From Lenisia limosa (lineage: Eukaryota > Protista > Breviatea), in the NCBI GenBank assembly GCA_001655205.1, contig LPNZ01011617.1, positions 13,132 to 77,131 on the forward strand: 64,000 nucleotides of DNA, read 5' to 3'. The translations under genes and the position numbers were made by a program. Positions 48,727-61,873 of this stretch are shown here, piece after piece (positions within the stretch are counted from its first letter, which is position 1; every line of letters begins with the position of its first letter). The notes under the pieces were generated by a model. That model had not been told where the DNA came from, made no database searches, and worked only from the letters and a program-made list of their open reading frames with translations.

Positions 48727-51700
48727 CTACCGGGTATAGTTGGGTTCTTCTGGAGGTATCTCAATTTCCGTTTGTTTTGGTGTGGATTGCTGGGGCTCCA
48801 CTTCAGGAGTCTAAAGTGTCAGTATTTCAGTGTTCCAGTTGAGGGGTGCTCAATGATAGAAGAAAAGCCCAACAACGCTCTTCACTATTAATATGTAACT
48901 TTACACTGAACAGTAACCCACATCTCTCAACTCCACAACAGGAGTACCTTGAGTTGAGTCGGTTTGTGCGCTATCAAGACCATAGGGGAAGTCTAAGGCG
49001 TGAGGCGAGAACATCATAACAGCATGCTTACAAGGAGGCGGGATTGCTCTGGGCGGACCCGAGTACGACATCAGCGATTTGAGCTGTTCTCGCGCCTGAC
49101 CTTGTCGGTAATTGGTACAAGAACTAGTAAACAGCACATATGAGGACAATCACCAGACCTTCCCAGAATTCAACGTTTCCTTTTCCTACTTTTAGAAGTG
49201 AAAGAGTCGGCTGGGAAAAGCGACTTTGTGAGGAAGCCAAAGACGATCGCTTGTTGGATCACCTGGTCGTTTACAAGAATTCGTTACCATAATATTTGTA
49301 TACTTTTGATCATTACTTGACCTTCCAAAGAACGGAATATTAAATTATCTCACACAGAGAAGCAAGACAATGAAAGAGGGCCATCCATACCTGAATAACA
49401 TTTTCGAGGTTTTCGAGGGAGTTCATGGGGACACGCGACACCATGCATCCGGGACATTCATCTTCACCTCTTACAAACATAAGAGCTTGGTTGGATTCTA
49501 CCTATTCAGTGTCAGATTAAGTTCCGACATGATTTACGATACAACAAAAAGTAATAGCCCCTACATAGGGCCTGAAGAGATCAATGCCGCGCGCGGAGGG
49601 CTGTGGGAAGTCGGGACCTTCAAGTAGGCCCTGAAAGAGTCAGTTGTGTTAAAACAAATGAAGAGAGAGACTCACTCGGAACGAAATGACTTTCTCGGGC
49701 AGCACCTTTTGGAGACACATTGAATTGAACTCCAGCCTGTAAAGTAAGAAAAGCTACAGTACAAAATATCCGGAGAAAGATACATATCAATTGGAACATA
49801 TTAGTAGCAGATTTTTAAGGTGACATTACTCCCACAAACAATGAGTGTTTGTTTCGAACAAGGTGATCAGCAACACAGATTTTGACCTCTTTTTTCTGGA
49901 TGATAAGTGGGCAGAACGGCAAATATTTATACATTAGGAATGGGCTCTAATACAGCACACCTTTTTAGCCTTGCAGTGGGGGCAACCTCGACAGTTAAGA
50001 ACTTCACAATTCGTTTTAGGAGTTTTCTTTGTCTCATTCTAAAACAAAGTTAAGGGAATGAATAATGTGTTTGAGCTATTTATTCTTTGGGTCCCGACTT
50101 TACGGTGTATTTTTTTGAAAAAGGCGTGGAGCTTTTTGCTGAGGTCCACTGGGAAGGCGACAGGAGGGTCAAGTCGGAGAACAAAACGCGGAACGTGGTT
50201 TCTGTGTCAATTATAAGGCTGTGTAATACAATGTCAATAAGATAAACAGTTTTAAAACTAAAGATAATTTGATTGCTTAAATGAATGGTAGTTCCGCCCG
50301 AGCATACGAACGAGGGAGAGCTTCTTGAGTTGTTGGTTCTTCATTTCGCTCAGTTTCAAACATCAAAAGGCCATAGTACTTCTATACTATTAGAAATAAT
50401 ATGACCGGACTAACTCTTCCGGACCAGTCTGTGTAATAGTGGTATCGTGTTTCTCCCTCCAGTGCTTGCTGGTATCTAAGGAGTAAGGTGCTTGCCACAT
50501 CAGGACCCACCCATTATTTCGCATGTTTTGAAGGTGTTCCACGATGGCTTTCAAAGTGTGTTCCGGCCACGATGATAACGTCAGTAAGTCATCTAAGAAC
50601 TAGAGCATCAGGGGTATTGATAAGACTTGGTGTACCTGGGCAACATTCGAAAGCTCGCTTGCGGAAGGAGGGGAATAGGCGTCCCCGGTCTGAAGAGCAT
50701 TCCAGTCGAGCTCGATACACTCCTTGGCTTGCTCGGTGAGGGGAATGGAAGGTACCCAATTTCTTTCATCTTGAACTTGGACTACAGCAGTAATCTTGGC
50801 TGCTGATACTCCCATCTGGGGGGGGGGGGGGNNNNNNNNNNNNNNNNNNNNNNNNNNNNNNNNNNNNNNNNNNNNNNNNNNNNNNNNNNNNNNNNNNNNN
50901 NNNNNTATCTCATACCCACTTGTGGTTGATAGCAACGTAAAAATACATGTAACTCAACAAGAGATCTGATTTGTAGAAGTGTCCATATTGACCCTACCTG
51001 TACCACACACTGCGGCATTGTGAACTCCACTTGGTATGTTCCTTCGTCATTGATTAAAACATCAATGTCTCGGCTCGCAGCAAGCAGTTTTGAACACTAA
51101 AGAAATGACATATAATTAGAGCTTCGCTTCGGTTTAAAAAAGCCCGGTCAATTATCGATAGTTTTCGAGGATTTATCGAGAAACTCAGTCTTTTTTTTGA
51201 ACCGAAGCTCCGCTTATAATGTGGACTAACCTTGCACCACCTCCCGACTAACCTTGCACCACCTTCTGATGAGGAGTACAATGGGATCAGTGCGCTGGTC
51301 AAGACCCGACTGTAGTGCGTCGCGAGCGGCCGAGAACAGCGACTGTCGGTAAGCTGCTTCTTGTTCAGCAAGGGCTTTGGTCTTGGTAGTGATGGTTTGG
51401 GCGGAATAATGAGGTGGTGAAACATACTCTCTAGTAAATGGACTAAACAATGGAATAATGCAAAATTACGAGTGTCCCCAGTAAGAATCCAAAATATCAA
51501 CGTAAATGTTAATAGGTCTATTACTTCACGGTCCATGTGGTAACAGCTAATGAGACAAAACGTGCCCCCCTTTTAAGAAGTAGAAATATGAAATGAAAAA
51601 GGCAATATAATCCAAGTCTTCTCAAACTTTACTCTCGTCCAATTTATAAATCAACAGGCATCCAAACCATGTTCTCGAAAGTGACTTTATAGAAGTCCTC

Positions 51701-52071
51701 CACTGGGATACTTGAAGCAATCCACGCAAGGGAATCATCAACACCTTGAATGGCCTAACAGTAGCAAAAGTTAAAGTAACAAGTTTGAGGCTTCTGGTAA
51801 AGAGAACAATGGATATTATTGTCTGTCAAAGAAGGATTGTTCCATTCAAACCTAACACAGAGAAATCCAGCTAAATACACCCCTTGAACCTGGTCAAACT
51901 GGCGTTCCACCTCCTCAATGTTGATTGGGGTGAAGGGGTGTGCTGAAAGTTATGAGAAACCAAGACTATTCACCCACCTTGGCCGTCATAACTGTTAATG
52001 TCTTTGAGTTTCTGGAAAGCCTTACCCAGCTTCTTGTAAGAGCCAAGAAGGGTTTTCTTAGATGAGCTCAT
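48727..52071 (-). CDS. MED1: Mediator complex subunit 1 (Med1 domain) homolog; start uncertain
   Basis: RFVLRLDPPVAFPVDLSKKL resembles MED1 CFFLKFPQPIPVSRAFVQKL. GCMVSRVPMNSLENLENVIQ|VIQQAIVFGFLTKSLF resembles Med1 I..IPF.HP..V..IL..LR.Q..YN.L. Ends EIPPEEPNYTR*. Confidence 0.6.
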
Positions 52072-52495
52072 TTGGAACAGCCAGACTATCTAGTTGGTCT
52101 GTTTAGAAGGAGGAGGCTTGTCATTCATTGGCAATTCATTGGTGAGATGCCTATGATTTGGGGGTGGGTGCTGCGGGGATGTTTCTGTCAAGATTCACGC
52201 ACGGGGGGCAGCGGGAGGTAAGGTGCACAGTGGGTGTAAAGAAAACTGGATAGAGGAAAGGGGGAAAAGGGGGCTGGAGGGAGAAGCATGATGCCTGCAT
52301 GCACAAAAATGGAGATTGAGAAATCCCTTACATATGATATGTTGTATATGTATATTATTCCTTTCCCCCTTTTCCTCCATGCTTGTCGGAGCACCACTCT
52401 GGTTGTATAGGCTTTCAGTTACAACGAAACAATTGTATCCAAGAAACATAAAAACAACGTCAAAAAGAAAGAAACAGTCAAAAAATAACAATAAC

Positions 52496-54632
52496 CTAAA
52501 TAGCCGCCATGAAGCGCTCAAGCTCCTGTAGGTTAGTTTCAGCATTTCAATTCAGAATCACCCCCCCCCCCCCCCNNNNNNNNNNNNNNNNNNNNNNNNN
52601 NNNNNNNNNNNNNNNNNNNNNNNNNNNNNNNNNNNNNNNNNNNNNNNNNNNNNNNNNNNNNNNNNNNNNNNNNNCCAAGTCCTCCAAATTATACGTTCGG
52701 TCAGGCTAAAGGGTCATTTCTGCAAACAGTTCTACCCCAGCTAATTAGTTTCACTTTTGTGACCAATAGCCCCCAACCGTCTGAACAAAGAACACCCTCT
52801 TTTTCTTCATGATTGGTTTGATGTTTCCTGACCATTCGATCTCGCCTTTTTGTACCATCTTCTCCGGATCGACGTAAAGTAGTCGCGGCTTGCTGGTGAG
52901 GATCAACTGTCGCCTCTTGCCGAAAAGGCCCTTTCGTTTGAACACAAGACCCATGAACAGAACTTCTTCTCCGTCAAGTAGGAATTGACTCCTAAGTGAT
53001 GAGTCAGCAAAATAGTTGTGGTGTTAAAGGATTAAATACAACAAAAGGTAGCAACAGGGAACAAGGTGGCAAATTTAGCCATTGCTAACCATTTCTTAGC
53101 CTCGTCTGCATCAATAGTAGCCAAAGAAGCCCCGCGCCGCACAGGACTGGGTTTTGGCTCGCGTGGTTTTGGCTCCAACTTGGACAGGTCCGAAGGTGGA
53201 ACGTTGTCCCAGTCCACACCGGCAAAGAAGTCGTGCTTCTTCAGCTCATCAAAGTTATTATGTCCTTGACCGTCAGAGGGACATCGAATACAAAAATCTC
53301 AGTCAATCATAGGGGTGGTACTCTTGTCTTTAACGAGTTACATATCAATTAACTTAGTCATCCACTGAGGACAGGTGAGGTACTAAGTCACTCACAATAA
53401 ATTGTTATGCAAGTCAACGAACATCACCCCCAACCTATGCGCTCAGTGGGCTGACGTGTTAGTAATCTATCACAGAGATCACGAGCTTCTTCAGGGAAGT
53501 CGTCGGGATACTCATACTGCCCGTTAAGGATCTGTTGAAAGAGCTGGTACTCAACATGGTGCTTAAAGGGTAGGATGCCGGATATGAGCTGAAAGACGAT
53601 GCAACCAAGAGCCCAGAGGTCGGATCTGGTCGATCGTTATAAGTCTCTTCGGTGGAGGAAATTAAGATATTAGCAAATATAGTCCGTTTTGCGCATGCAA
53701 TACAAAGTCTGTCCAAAACAGCTCAGAAAAGAAACAAAAAAAAGGTATAGAATAACACCCACGGACCCCTTTCCGGCAGTTCGCTCTTCCAAGAGCTCAG
53801 GAGCAATGTACTCTGCAGTACCGCAAAAAGAGCCTGTTCTATCTCGTTCATCTGAAATAATCTACACTGTCAACCAACAATATCACATAAGAAGCCCGCT
53901 TATAAAGGTTATACGAAAGGTTCACATGCTACCATTCACCCACTTTCGCGGTTCCAAAATCAGAAATCTTGGTGTGCCAGTTCTCATCCTAAATGGTCAG
54001 TCCTGGTATCTCAATGTTCGTATGTACGTACCACGAGGATATTCTCTGGCTTCAAATCTCGATGAATGATATCATTCTCTCTAAGATGCTCTAAGCCAAG
54101 GACCACTTCAGCTATTACATTTTTGGCAATCTCGGCTGGAAGCTTTCCAATCTGAACGAATCAACGTGGGCAGAGTATAAGGCAAGAACACGGTGTTTTC
54201 GGTCCATATTGAATCATCATAAGGAACACTAAAAACCAGAATTCTCTTACCGTGTGTAGAACGTCAAGTAACTCCCCATGTTCGCAGTATTCAAGAACAA
54301 AATACAGGTGTTCTTGGTCTTGGAAAGTGAAGAAAAGTTTCACGATATTAGGGTGTCTAAGATTGCCCAATATCTCTTTCTATACAAATAAGCGGGAGAA
54401 TAGATAAACGGACCTCTGTAGAAACATATTTCACCTTTTTGAAACGCACAATTTGCTTTTTATCAAGCACTTTGATTGCATATTGAGTCTGTGTTGTTTT
54501 ATCAACAGCTTTAAAGACCTAGAATAGTGACACCAAGAAGATACAGTAATTATGACCAACCTGTCCGAAGCTACCTTCGCCTATAAGGTCTCCAAATTCA
54601 AAATCGTCTTTAGATTTTCTTTCCAGGGGCAT
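52496..54632 (-). CDS. PDPK1: 3-phosphoinositide-dependent protein kinase 1 (AGC kinase + C-terminal PH domain)
   Basis: [24 protein letters not shown]; [11 protein letters not shown]; [25 protein letters not shown]; [11 protein letters not shown]; [11 protein letters not shown]; HDFFAGVDW; PH segment [37 protein letters not shown]. Last exon uncertain because of a gap. Confidence 0.95.
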
Positions 54633-55109
54633 TTTTGTGCTTACATTATCGGTTTAAGTCCCAATATTTGACGACTTTACACTTGTGAAATCGTTGCTAG
54701 GGGTATTTTTGGAATCTGTCTCCCGAGAAAATTCTACTCTCACGTCTATTGATGCTCTATTTCCAAATTCCTCAAACTTGGGGTGTTCAAACTGTTTTTT
54801 TTTGGGGGTTGGTGCGCGGCGGGGGGCTACTGGGGAGAAATCTTAGGTCTTTTTCATAATGCACCTGAATTACCGCCCCAAGTTTTCAAGTTTTCGGTTG
54901 AGGTATGCTATATTATGTAATTAGAAGTAACTGAGTAACTGAACAACAACTGATCAACACTATATCACTACAAATTGTTTAGATATATAAAATCAAGTTA
55001 AACACAAAATACATGCACAAAGGTACCATAGAAAAATAGATCTAAGAAAGTGGAATCAGGGTGGTGGGGGTGGGAGGGCGAGTGAACTGCTTCAAGGAGT
55101 AAAGGGGTG

Positions 55110-58100
55110 CTATGAGTTAGAAGCCTCATTTTTGGGTGCCAGGGCTCGGAGTGTTTCTAAATCAGGCTCTCTCTGAAGGGTTAATATCAAGACGGTACTA
55201 GAAGTTGTCATACCTTTGGAATTGTCCACTCATGATTGGCGTCCCTGTCCATTGAGGCAGGCTCGTTTTCGTCCATTTCACAGTGCACAAAGGCTGAAAG
55301 TGTCATAAAGGCCAAGTAAGTACACTTGTGCATTGGATCAACGCTGTTTCTCACCCATAAGAGATCACAAATCAACCACCCAAAGATTATAAAAAACAAA
55401 AAGAATCCTCACTGGCAAAGGAATCTGGACCGCCATTGATGACAAGCATGACATCACGGTCCTTGTCGCCCGACAGTGTGGAATACAAAGAAGCAAGGTA
55501 TGACTCGGATGAATAACCAGCTGCATAGGTTAGTGAACAAACACGAATCCAACATTATTTCCATCACTAAAAAAATCATCAGAATATATCTTGACTACTT
55601 ACGTAAACAAGCCAAGCGTTGGGTCAAAAGGCGGGCAATTGAAAATCGAATGTTGGCAACCTTGGGAGTGAGCAAGAACGGGTACGAGTTCACGCATCAA
55701 GAATAAGAGTCAATGTTCCCACCGAATCGGAAGCAAGTCGGACTAATTCAGGTTCAAAGTCCCGACGGAACTCAGAGGGGGTCATGCCGCCGCAAGCCGT
55801 GAAAGCAACCCGGATAAACCTGGATGTCAATTTGACCAGAGATTGGAGAAAGGGGAATAAGGCAAAGATCCCCCCCCCCCCNNNNNNNNNNNNNNNNNNN
55901 NNNNNNNNNNNNNNNNNNNNNNNNNNNNNNNNNNNNNNNNNNNNNNNNNNNNNNNNNNNNNNNNNNNNNATTTTGGCAAGAAGATCAGCCCTGAACGATG
56001 ACAGTTCATCCTTTTTGACAGGAGATAGGAACTCAGGCGGTTTGTTGGTGACTCCCTTCAGCTTCTTTACCGAGGGGGGCAACTGTAAAGTTAATGGATA
56101 CCTTCACACTGACAGCCGTTTTTTCTTTCCTGAAGTGGGATATTGGAAAGGGTCTTGCATTCCCTTCTTTCTTTTAAAATACGATATTTCTCTACAAAAT
56201 ATGATGAAGCTTACCCGTGGGTCCAAAATCCAGGACGATACGACTTCCGACGATTCCGACGGCTGGAAGCGGGCAAAGAACCGACCCACCGCTAAATTGT
56301 AATGGTTTGTGTGCACGTGGCAATTATGCTGCTCAAGAAGTGTCACCATAGACCTACCTTTGCATGCTGTTTTACGAACGGCAACAACAGGGTCCTGACA
56401 CAAGTTGCAAGTCAACGCAAGAAGAAGAGTCTTCCCCTCCTCAAGAGAAGATGACAAGTACAGGTCAGGCAATTGCCTATTTGGAAAGTTATTTGCTTGA
56501 AAAAATTGCAGCAAAGAACTTTTCTCCACGCCCACTGTGCCATAATTTTGCGATGACGCCATGCCTCAGTGGTTGCGCGGAGGGTGGACAGCATGTTCAA
56601 ATACGCCGGGCGTCTTTCAAGCGGAAGGAACGGGAGAATGCGAGAAGTATTTCGTAATACACCAATCTAAAAATGGTGACCAGTCATCCTAAGAGCTCAA
56701 ATAGTACGTGCATATCATATGTAGTTCTTCACAAGAAACATTGCTTACTCTGACTTCTTCAATATCGTTGAGATACAGATCGTAGACTGGGATTATATGC
56801 TGAGCAACTTGTTCTGTTGCTGCAAAGAGTGAAAAGCTATCCTTGGAATAGAAATGTTAGATAAGTATATCAATCTAGATAAACACAAGTTCTATCATGT
56901 GGAAGGGGGGATATCATCTGGTCTAATTGCCTACTCAGGAAGAATGCCAGCTCATGAAGGCTTAAAGATACAGTACGACGAACTTCATACTGAAGGGCGA
57001 TAAGAGCACTTTCACAATGTAATGTTATAATGAGGCCTCCTCTAGACCCTCTCACGTGCTCATTATGGGACAGTCTTTCAAAGGCTGGGACCAAGTCGCC
57101 CCATCGCTCAGCGCCAACGGAAATGGCTACTCCAGGGAAGCTGAAGGCAGAATGCAGCAATTGATCCTTGTCGCTTGGGTTGTTGGTTGCTGCCGTAATC
57201 AAATGGCAGAAGGCCGCCACTGCGTCTTCTGGAGTCAGTTCTGGTGAATTGACCGAGGCAAGAACCTGCAGGATTATTGGTGCATTTCAATAATGATGGA
57301 TCTGAATAGGCAGAAACCGACCTGTCCAAAGATTTCAACAGCACTTTGTCTGACCCATCTGCTGTCGTCAGTTAAGAGGCGATTTGCGTGAGGAAGGAGC
57401 GTTTGCGCCCTCGTCTCAGCCTATATTGAATGAGCCAAGAATGGGGTGAAGTTGCTACAAATCAAAGCCTCACCTCCAGGACTGAAGCAATGTCAGGGAG
57501 AGTCTGTGTCATTGACCTCCTAACACCCCAAAGTGAATCCTCCAATAAGGCGACCACAAGGGGTACCTGGAGGGTCAATACGTTAGAATTGTGCGAATTT
57601 TATCTACCACTCAAATCCCAGCCAACATAGACCGACTCCACCACTTCATGGCTAATGTGAAAGGGAAGTAGGTGCGTCATGGCTGCAGCCTGCAGTGATG
57701 AGAAAGGAGAAAAAAAAAACTAAAAAAAAACAGGCCCTCCCAACCTCCCACCTTTCTGACTTTGAACTCCTTATCTTTACAAAGGACAATAAAGAGAGGA
57801 ATCATAACATCCTCATTCTCTTTTTCTGTCAAAAGAGTTGAAAGGCGATCGATCAGCTAAATCCGTCAATTTCAGCATCTCAATACACCCCGATATTTTA
57901 TTTCTCTATCCCTAAATAATATTTATCTCTCAAAACAACCACACCAACCATTGTGGCTTGGATGCGGTTGTTGAAATCTGGTGAATATGACAAAGTCTGA
58001 ACAAATATTTCAAGGCTCTGTAATCTCGAAGCCTCAGGAATAAGACTGCCAAGATCTGACATAGCATCAACAGCTGCCTCACGAGCCTGTAATATGAAAC

Positions 58101-58960
58101 AGGTGGACAACCTCAAACAAACAAACAAAAGGTCTGCAAATAACCATTTGCCTAGAAGAACAGGCCCCATCCAACCTGTGGAACATGATCAGTATTGAGC
58201 TCAGCTGCAGCGGGCAAAAGGATGGTTGTAAGCATGTCGTAGGCACCTACAACCGTTAGAACTCATGGGTAACCCCCAACATTTCAACTAATAAAAAAAT
58301 AACTGCCAAAAAGGAAACTGCAATAATTTGATTCTTCTCAGAGAAGGAGTCAAGTAAGCCCATCAAACCATCACCACCAAGGCTCAAAAGGGTCTGAGCA
58401 AGAGGATAGAGGGTTTGTGCAAGAGCAATTCTGACTGTTGGCTCATGGTCTTCTGAAAGGGGGTGATTCGGGCCAAGCATTTGACTTGGCGAAAACGGGC
58501 AATACTTAAGAAAGAGAATATTTTTTTAGTACATACGGATGATGGCATCAACGAGAGGGACCACTTCGAAGCAGGAGGAGTCAAAGCCAACTTCTTCACA
58601 TACGCTCATGAGATCTTTTACAGCTTCAACACTGAATATATTAAAATTAGTATAATTAAAACAAAGACAAGGACCTCAATAAGCGTAACATACCGTTTGG
58701 CGGGTCTTCTAAACTCAAGCATTGCACAAAGGCGGGGAAAACCTTCAAGATTCTCATCGAAAAGGAGAGTTGGATCATCCTTTACAGGATCAACAGCGTT
58801 GCTAGCTAAAAAAGGTCATTGGAAATCCATTAATGAAAGACCTACATAAGGGAGAGACGTCCATTTTTAGTCTTATTTAGGAACTTTAAAACAACCACAA
58901 CACCTAAATCTCGTTGACTCTCATCGTGAAGAAAGATAGAACGAAAACTATGAAGCTAGA
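55110..58960 (-). CDS. PPP4R1: Protein phosphatase 4 regulatory subunit 1-like HEAT-repeat protein (start uncertain)
   Basis: LSEDHEPTVRIALAQ; HSAFSFPGVAISVGAERWGDLVPAFERL; YEVRRTVSLSLHELAFFL; AWRHRKIMAQ; LCQDPVVAVRKTA; LSGDKDRDV. Confidence 0.85.
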
Positions 58961-59304
58961 AGAGATGTATTCGTTTGTTCTGCGATTCTATACACTAATA
59001 AGACGTTTGCACTTATTTCAAATGGTTAAACAATGAAATAGCACTGGAAAAGACGATTTTGGTTATTACTTTGCAATTTCTTCCAGAAGAAAAATTTCCC
59101 CCAACAAAAATAACAGTTCCTTTGCAATGAGTCGAGGTTTTTCATATTTTTACTCCGTCCAATGGTGGAATGGTAGACCAATAAGGCAGTGATGGTTGGA
59201 AGTAATTGTTGAAGATGAATCTTGCCCATTGGGTTTGCCCCTCTGTCCATTTGAAATTTGGAAATGAACATGAATTGACACACTGACATACTATACCACA
59301 TTGA

Positions 59305-61873
59305 TTACATATCTTCAACTGACCATTTATAGTGCTCTTTCCTTCTCAACTCGGCCTTATTACTGTTTTTGAACATTGTCGCTTCAAATCCATTCGATCT
59401 ACAGTGTCAACCAAAAGAAACAAAAGAACCACATAAGTCAAGTTAAAAGATACACATAGTACCTGTCAACACCGTCCCATCTGTAACCGGGGCGAATCTT
59501 GTATCGGTTAGGCGGGCCTGCTGGACCTGTGTAAAGAGGCCTCTTCTTCTCGGGCTTCTTTTCTCCATCATCCTTCGTTGTTCCCTTCCAAAGCTCTTCC
59601 TCCATACCATCGTCCCTGAAATATCAGCTCTCTCATCTCACATATCAAGTTACAAAAAGTACAGAGAAACCCCAATATACGCATCTTCTTTATTCATTTC
59701 AAGCATTGGGTCTCCCCAATGTTGTTGCTCCTTCTGCCACTTGTTAAGGTCTTCATCATCTGCGTATCTACAAAAATTAATGAAAACAAAAAGGGTCAAG
59801 GCATGGAGGAAAAGAAATATCGTAATTGGGGTATGATCGAAATATGTCTGTTAATATATTACATTTTTTGGTAGCTGTAGGCAACACATGGACGGACCCC
59901 TACCCCTACCTTGCCATTGGTTTTTGCATTTCCTTTAAATCCTGCTGTCTCTTCTCCTCAGCCGATAAGCGCTGCACGACACCAGATCTTCCCCACTATA
60001 TTTGAGTGAAGGACATTAAAAACACGTAAGTGCGTAATGTTGTACAAGAGTAACTCTGAACAAATCATTTAAACAATGTCAGAAGTATCCATTCCGAGTC
60101 ATAAAGTACCTGGAAATTCTGCTCCAAGCTCTTATTCTTCTCATTGATTAACTCAAGATTGGTCATTTTGCGATCTTCCTTTGTTGCTTCCTTTAAAACT
60201 AAAAAAATAAAGAGTACATTCAAAGGGCCATACTCCCCCCCCCCCACTTTCGCAAGTTGCCTTTCGGTGAGTACCGTGTGTGTCTAAAAAGTCACGAATC
60301 TTGCAATCAAAGACAACTCTCGAAATTCATAAAACTCATTGAAATAAAAACGCATAAAATTGTATAAAACTAATAATAACTCATAATAACATTTCACGTC
60401 ATTTCCACCACCACTAACGTTCAACTTTCTGCCGTCGTGGTGGTGAGCCTACAAAGTTAGTTGACGGGTATGCCGATAATCAAAAGCTTACTATCAGATT
60501 GGGGTGATCTTCTTCTTCTTGGGGGACTTGCTGCAATGTCAAAAAAAAGAAGGCTGAATATTTCATTACAGTTTTCTCATTAATCACAAGTCTCCCGCCC
60601 ATCCGCCCCCGTTTTATCTCAATCTAGTCTAATCTTTAAACCATCACTGTCATTTTCGCCTTCTTGGCGGGGAGGCTACTTTATCAGAAAAGCTAGAATG
60701 GGGATAGGGGTGTGGGACAATAACAACGAAACGTTAATGGATGTTTTGACAAAACTACTACTAAAACCAAAAGCCTCATTCCGCATTGGAAACATGAAAG
60801 ATACCCTCTATACCATCCGATCCAGAATCTGGCGATTTGTAGCGCCTTCTTGGTGGAGAGGCTACAGAATGTAATAAACGCAAAACAAACGAGATTTCAA
60901 GACCTATTCTTTTTTGTTAGCGAAATGTTACAATATAACTATGAAAATTACTCAAGCGCTAAATCAAATCCAAGGAAATACTGTTGTATATTATGTACAT
61001 ACAATAGCTATATGTATCTTTTCCCCATCCTCAAACCATCAGATCCAGAACCCGGGGACTGATGCCGTCTTCTTGGAGGAGAGGCTTGACAAGGTAAATA
61101 AGTCATTCCACAAAAGAATATGCAAAAAGAAAAGAGAAGAGTGCTCTTTTCCCCTTGTAATAAAAATCCATACCATCAGATCCAGAACTCGGGGACCTAT
61201 GGCGTCTTCTTGGTGGAGAGGCTAAGGAGGGTCAAAAAGTGGACATGGATGAAGGCAAATATCAGAAAATAAGTTAATTAATGCAAAACAACATATTTAG
61301 AGCCCCAAATAGATTCTACATACCATCTGATTCAGAACCTGGGGATCTGTGTCTTCTCCTTGGTGGAGACGCTGAAGAGCATAAAATGAAGGATACAGAA
61401 GAGAATAGGTTTGAAAAGTAACGAGGCGATGCCTATCAAAATTCTCTCTTACCATCTGATCCAGAATCCGGGGACTTGTATCGTCTTCTTGGTGGGGAAG
61501 CTAAACAAAGTCACTAAAAAAAGAAGTACACTACTGCATTAACCAAGATGGAAAGCTAATTGAACTCTTTTTGATTGCGCCTACCATCAGAAGCAGGGGA
61601 TTTTGACCTTGCGCGAGAACGCCCCCTTGTTGGAGGAGCAGGAGCATTCACTTTGACTGGTTTGATTACTTTGGCTGAAAGATGTTAGTGTTGACACAAC
61701 TACCCAGCATAATCTAACAAAGGTCAAGTAAAGAAGAACAATAAATGATAAAAGACCATGACCATACTGTCAGCAGTTCTGTCAACAATAGTGACTGCAG
61801 CTCCACGAATATGCTTCTTCTTTTTCTTCTTTTCTGTTCCATAGTTCTTGGCAAGGTAGTCTTGGAGTGACAT
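59305..61873 (-). CDS. BUD13: Pre-mRNA splicing factor BUD13/CWC26 (RES complex)
   Basis: [11 protein letters not shown] start; SPPRRR(H/Y)xSP repeats; [13 protein letters not shown]; [18 protein letters not shown]|[13 protein letters not shown]. Confidence 0.96.

Noticed and set aside
59675-59690. Possible GC-AG intron in BUD13
   Set aside because: A GT donor two bases on (GC|GTATAT) restores the correct frame into the conserved [10 protein letters not shown] exon.
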